DNA of 64,000 bases from Thecamonas trahens ATCC 50062 (lineage: Eukaryota > Protista > Apusomonadida), in assembly GCF_000142905.1 (NCBI RefSeq), contig NW_013657649.1, forward strand, positions 124,001 through 188,000. The letters run 5' to 3'. The first letter of the stretch is position 1, and the number at the start of each line of letters is the position of its first letter. Of this stretch, positions 63,065 through 64,000 are shown in pieces. A program made the translations under genes and the position numbers. Below the pieces are notes generated by a model, which did not search any database, was not told where the DNA came from, and saw nothing but the letters and a program-made list of their open reading frames with translations.

Positions 63065-64000
63065 ATGTGGTGGGCGCTGCAAGCTGGCGCGGCTGTGGCG
63101 TCTTACGGCACACCCTTTGTGGGCCTCCCGTTGCTGTACTACCTCGGCGAGTACGGGTCGTTCATGCGGGCCTCGCTGGTGGTCACACTCTTCCACTCGC
63201 TCTTCCTGGCGCTGGTAGTCAAGCCGTTTCCCTCGCTCCGGAGCCTGGCTTCGCTCGTCGAGACGCCTGCCATGGTCGGCACGTCTTCGCTGCTCTACGC
63301 CATCGTTCCCACTGCCGCCGTCTCGGCCTACTCGGGGCTGCTGCACGCTGTCGAGCCTGCGGTCCTGGTCATCGAAGGCGTGCAGATGGTGGCGCTTGCG
63401 CTGTACTTTTCGCGGATGATGCACTCGCACATTGCAACGTCGCCGGTCCGCGCCAAGACCGCCATCCTGGTTGTCTCCTTTGTGGCGTACGCGCTCGCCC
63501 TGGTTGTCTTTGCCCGCCTCCTGAGCCACGCCAACATCTCGGTCACGCTCTCGGTCGCCATCTCTGCAGTCCTTACGCTCTCGATGGTCCTGCTCGGCGT
63601 GACCATTGCTGTCGAGCGCGGTATCATCTCGGACGCCGCCCTCCTCGCCCTCTTTATGGCGTACATCTGCTGGATGGCGGTCGAGGTTTCGGACGATGTG
63701 CAGGCTGCGCGCGGGTCGACGGGCGTGGTGCAGACGCTGCGATACATGTTCCGCTACCTTGTCGAGCGCAACGTCTCGTTGACGGCATCGTTTGCGCCGC
63801 TGCTCTCGGTCGAGCTGCTGCTGAGCGTAGGCATGGCCACCATGGCCATCGTCACCCTCCCGCTCGACCTCGACCGCGCTGCCACCGTGCCGTACCAAGT
63901 TGGCCGGGCGGCGCCGCGGTGGTCATGGGCGGCAGTGACCAAGGCGCTTGCGGCCTCGCCGCTGGCTTCGGCCTCGCGCCTTCTTTTGTCCTCGTCTACA
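63065..64000 (+). CDS. Multi-pass membrane protein, ICE2/Serinc-like (3'-partial)
   Basis: Frame translated by hand is open to the window end (MWWALQAG...EPAVLVIEGVQ...ERGIISDAALLALFMAYICW), with many hydrophobic helices. Absent from the ORF track because there is no stop. The family call is tentative. Confidence 0.72.
   Translation, partial: MWWALQAGAAVASYGTPFVGLPLLYYLGEYGSFMRASLVVTLFHSLFLALVVKPFPSLRSLASLVETPAMVGTSSLLYAIVPTAAVSAYSGLLHAVEPAVLVIEGVQMVALALYFSRMMHSHIATSPVRAKTAILVVSFVAYALALVVFARLLSHANISVTLSVAISAVLTLSMVLLGVTIAVERGIISDAALLALFMAYICWMAVEVSDDVQAARGSTGVVQTLRYMFRYLVERNVSLTASFAPLLSVELLLSVGMATMAIVTLPLDLDRAATVPYQVGRAAPRWSWAAVTKALAASPLASASRLLLSSST

Overview
Compact, GC-rich, intron-poor eukaryotic (protist) draft scaffold with four 100-N gaps. 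A flagellar gene (CFAP58), TTAGGG repeats, GT-AG introns and opisthokont/amoebozoan-type cytoskeletal genes fit a flagellated amorphean such as an apusomonad (inference, not verified). About 23 genes are present: a partial coiled-coil protein, PH-CLU-TPR protein, a probable giant CAP-Gly/formin fusion, DUF4062-NACHT-WD40 protein, divergent eEF2 paralogue, class-II-like eIF4E, S28 prolylcarboxypeptidase, multi-C4 zinc-finger protein, RBR-like E3, FG-GAP protein, cysteine synthase-like protein, DUF4787-like protein, copine, an unknown helical protein, INTS9, PARG, USP5/UBP14, GMPR/IMPDH-family enzyme, COX15, PH protein, CFAP58, ARM protein, ISCU (partial) and an ICE2-like membrane protein (partial). 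Main observations: (1) a roughly 3,160-aa tandem CAP-Gly + coiled-coil + GBD/FH3-FH1-FH2 formin split by one frameshift; (2) five frameshifts, all repaired by adding one base to a short homopolymer (4 C-runs, 1 A-run), most likely sequencing undercalls but testable against insertional editing or frameshifting; (3) an eEF2 paralogue with a remodelled diphthamide loop lying tail-to-tail with a non-canonical eIF4E; (4) an 8x32-bp array in a divergent promoter and an inward-facing interstitial telomere tract. All family calls come from motif recognition by eye; no database searches were run.
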